Shown one piece after another: positions 60,747 through 64,000 of a DNA stretch of 64,000 bases. The stretch is taken from NCBI GenBank assembly GCA_000708835.1, contig DF237060.1:124001-188000 (forward strand). The letters run 5' to 3'. Position 1 is the stretch's first letter. Each line of letters opens with the position of its first letter. The notes below the pieces were generated by a model. It did not search any database and was not told where the DNA came from. It was given only the letters and a program-made list of their open reading frames with translations. The position numbers and the translations under genes are program-made. This DNA comes from Klebsormidium nitens (taxonomy: Eukaryota; Plantae; Klebsormidiophyceae).

Positions 60747-61172
60747 ATGGATCGTGAGGACTTTAGGGCTTTCAGCGTGTTTCTGCAGAGGTGGGAGGCG
60801 TTCGCAGCTGAGTGGGTTGGTTTGCCTCGGGAGAAGCTGTGGGTGAACTTCCTGGCAAACAACCAGGAGGCAGCTGAGCAGTTTGGGTTTGAAGTAAACC
60901 CTGCTGACCATTGGCCGCTGTCACAGAGTGGGTGCCTCACGGATTGCGTCATCTGTGACGCCTCGGAGGAAGACGAGGCGTTCGCAGAGTTTGAAGTCGC
61001 AGACCGGGTGGACACAGCGCGAGTGGGGAACGCAGGGCAGAGGCAAGAGTTTCCCTGTCACTGGTGCCGGACAGAGCGCGCGCGGGAGAGTCGGGAGCAG
61101 AGCCTGGCGGAAGAAAGCGGGGCACAGCTGAGATCACCGTTCACGGGAGGGGCCATTGGAGACCTAGACTGA
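60747..61172 (+). CDS. Hypothetical ORF or fragment, possibly TE-derived
   Basis: 141-aa frame with protein-like composition (FLQRWEAFAAEWVGLPREKLWVNFLANN; CVIC...CHWC). No family recognised. Confidence 0.3.
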   Translation: MDREDFRAFSVFLQRWEAFAAEWVGLPREKLWVNFLANNQEAAEQFGFEVNPADHWPLSQSGCLTDCVICDASEEDEAFAEFEVADRVDTARVGNAGQRQEFPCHWCRTERARESREQSLAEESGAQLRSPFTGGAIGDLD

Positions 61173-61292
61173 AGCTGGCGGGCGAGAGTGTGGGCACGCA
61201 GCTTCTGGACCTGCCCCACACAAGTACGACCAAAAACAACAGTTGCAAAGAGTAGGGATTCAATCATTGAACCCTTTCCGAACATTTCGCAG

Positions 61293-61442
61293 GTTGCCGA
61301 TGCGCGCATTGTCCGAGACCCAAGGACCCAGGAGTCGCGCGGCTTCGGCTTCATCACCATGGCCACGCGTGAAGACGCTGACGCTGTTGTCAGGAGGGTC
61401 AACGGCAAAGCCTTTGAGGGACGGCTGCTCACTGTTGAGAAG
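61293..61442 (+). pseudogene. Single RRM-encoding exon resembling SR45a/Tra2-type splicing factors
   Basis: tcgcag|VADARIVRDPRTQESRGFGFITMATREDADAVVRRVNGKAFEGRLLTVEK|gtacgc; 150 nt, phase 0-0, RNP1 = RGFGFITM. No upstream RNP2 exon was found in the window. Confidence 0.8.
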
Positions 61443-62366
61443 GTACGCTGGTCAAAATCGTCATGCTTGCAATGGAGTGATTCGCCATCCATTCATTTCC
61501 TTTCATGGCATTTTTTTCCATTCCCTATGGCTCTCTGCCCCTATGATTTTGGTGCTCTTTGATCTTTGCTGGAGATTAACGCGCTTCTCCGGCCATTTGA
61601 GAAGCATCTCTGGTACAATTGAGAATCAAATGTGTGGAGCTGCAAGCCTTGAAGCCTGTGATCTAAAAAATGGCTCGGAAATAGAACCGTGGGAAGAGTT
61701 CTCGGTTGCCTTATAGCAGTCTGTTCGCGTAAGCAGAGCTCGTTTGAAGTCGGAACGTCCCAACTTTGTAGAGTGCATCCTGCGCCATCTGCGAAGATGA
61801 CAGTGTTGGCTTTATGTCATGCTGACGCAGACGAGAGGGCCATTGTGATTCAAGCCACCCAGCCTTCGAAGATCCACATGAATATGAAGCATTTGACTTC
61901 AAACCGAGAATTTCAGTATTGACTTTACTTTTCATAAGCAGTTGGTCGCGTCCTCGTTGTTATCCGCATCTTTCGCAGTCCGCTTTCTGCTTTGCGTTCT
62001 GCCTCTGTCTGACTTCGTCGCCTCCCCCCCGATTGCTATCTGAGTTTCGTCAAGGATCTACTTGGATCCTGCAGTTTCCAAGCTCAAAATGGCCCCTTTT
62101 ACAAGCCTCCCCCAAGGGAGCGGCCCCCCCTCGTCCCATCCCCTCTGCGCCATCGTTTTCACTGCTAGAGGCGATTGCAGAGAAGGCGTCGGTGGGTGCA
62201 CAGCATCGTTGGGTGGCGCTGTGGCACGTGTGCAGGCGACTTAGGTGGTTGGTTCTCATCGGAGAGGATCCGCCGGAGGACGTGGTGAGCGAGGAACGGG
62301 AGGCCTGGGTTCGGTGGCCTGGTTGCAGGGTGAGCGCGGTAGGGTTTAGGAAGAGGGGCTCCGCCT

Positions 62367-64000
62367 ATGCCAGTGGAGACTAGGTCCCAGCTAGCGGCGC
62401 GTTATCGGGAAGTGTTGGAAGCAGTCTCGCAGAGTACGGAAGGGGCGAACGGGGAGAGTGAGGGCTCAGGCGGGGAGGAGCAAGGCGCGGAAGCGGCGCA
62501 GGCAAGCCAGGGGGGCTGGTGGGAGGAGGAAGAGGCGGAGATGGCGTCGGGTGCGGGCCTGGAGGGGCGTCAGAGGTTTTCTGGCAAAAGGGGTGAGGGA
62601 CTCACCTTGAAGCAGTTTGAGGTGATGGTCAAGGGAAGCCTGCAGGATCGTTTCAAAAAGCTGCAGAAGGACGTGGGAAACCCGGTGGAAGGGGTCGAGT
62701 TCAACGGGAGATATTGCATCTATCTCGGGGAGTTTCTCGACAACCCCGCGAAGCTGGCGCACGAGCGGGAGTATGAGGAGCATTGCAAAGAGCTGGACCC
62801 GGTGGGGGCGCTGTTGACTTCGCTCAAGCGCCACTTCGAGGATCGTAAGGAGGGCAAGGTGCAGGAATGGGTGCAGTTCCGGCGTGAGCCCGGGGAGGAG
62901 CTCCCGTCGCTGCTGTTTAGGCTGAAGGGTTTGGCGGAGGACTTGGACAAGCAAGACGCAGACCAGGAGCTTGTCACCAAGTTCGTGACCAGCTTGGACA
63001 GGCGGTTTGCTGAGCAGGCCAGCTCGCAGGCGATGGCTGCGACCAAGGAGCCGGGGGGTGCTTATACGCTAGACGAGGCGTACGAAGCGGCGCTGAGGGT
63101 CCAGTCCATCAACTCTCGGCTGCGAATCGCGCGCGAGCTTGCTCCGAAGGCGGTGGAAGCGACCAGGGCGCAGTGGGGGCGGAAGCCGGCGGTGGCAGCG
63201 CACGCAGCGGTGGTACCTGCGGCACCGCAGCTGGGAGCAGCAGCACCGGCGGCAGAGGGAGGATCGGGGGCATGTCACAACTGCGGTGAGGTGGGACACT
63301 ACCGCAACGGGTGTCCGCACCCGCGGCGTAACAGCTCGGGGAGGGGCCAAGCAGCAGGAGGGAGGGGAGGCGGCGGCCGCGGCCCCCGTGCTTGTTTTGT
63401 GTGCGGGGAAACCACTCATCTCGCTGCGCAGTGTGCTAAGCGGGCGGCGCCGGCTGTGGCAGCAACGGCACCTAGCGCAGGGGGAGGCATCGACGCAGAG
63501 GAGTTCAAGGCCTTCCAGGAGTGGCGGGCCATGTCTCAGGCGGCGCTGGCGGTACGGGCGGAGATCGAGGAGGAGGATGATGACTGCGGGTGGGATGAGC
63601 TAGAGTACGGGCTGGGGGCCGTGGCGCTTCCCTTGCCCCAACGGAGCGGGCCCGCAGTGGCGATGGCGGCAGCAGGCACGCGGGCCGGCGCGGAGAAGGC
63701 AAGAGCAACGAGAGCGGCGCGGGGTAAGCCGGCAACGGGGGGGGGTGTCTTGTCTCCACCGCAGCGTGCAGGGAAGGCCACGGTGGAGGCTGTGGGGACG
63801 GTTCAAATTGCTCAGCCGGTGGACCTCGCTGCGGTGGAGTCGCTCAAAGCGCGCAGGGACAAGGCGGCCGCCAAGGAGCGGCTCGCCAGGCTGCCAGACC
63901 ACGGCCGCCACGTGGCGCCACAAGGCCTCAACCGTCTGCCCAAGGGGTTTGCGGTCCAGGGGGGTGCAGCGCCGGGAAGAGCAGCGGAGGGGCTGGGCAG
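62367..64000 (+). mobile_element. gag: Retrotransposon Gag ORF, 5' part, open to the window end
   Basis: Missing from the ORF track because it has no stop. Starts MPVETRSQ; capsid-like WVQFRREPGEELPSLLFRLKGLA; two CCHC zinc knuckles, CHNCGEVGHYRNGC (63273-63314) and CFVCGETTHLAAQC (63393-63434). Confidence 0.9.

Noticed and set aside
62214-62262. Possible primer-binding sites TGGCGCTGTGG (62214) and TGGTTCTCATC (62250)
   Set aside because: Neither directly follows a CA-ended LTR, and the tRNA match cannot be verified here.
1-64000. tRNA or rRNA genes
   Set aside because: No cloverleaf or conserved rRNA motifs were recognised by eye. A tRNAscan-SE/barrnap run would be needed to exclude them formally.

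Overview
Intron-rich eukaryotic genomic DNA with GT-AG introns and GC-rich exons. The gene set (plant CDKE1, plastid NCS1/PLUTO, PTEN-type class II formin, Sfi1-like repeats) suggests a streptophyte alga such as Klebsormidium; this is an inference. In order, the window holds: (1) the 3' part of CDKE1/CDK8; (2) a ~12 kb multi-exon gene that appears to encode a dynamin-like GTPase with a Tudor/Agenet-like insert and a C-terminal ATRX/DNMT3-type ADD zinc finger, the most unusual object here; (3) a decayed, inverted copy of a Sfi1-repeat/kelch/coiled-coil gene; (4) an intronless membrane-protein pseudogene; (5) NCS1; (6) the intact Sfi1-repeat/kelch gene; (7) a class II formin; (8) an orphan SR45a-like RRM exon; (9) the start of a retrotransposon Gag ORF that runs off the window. 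Short tandem 'echo' duplications of exon-intron junctions recur in four of the genes. No rRNA, tRNA or CRISPR array was recognised. All gene models were spliced by eye and all family calls come from motif recognition, not database searches.
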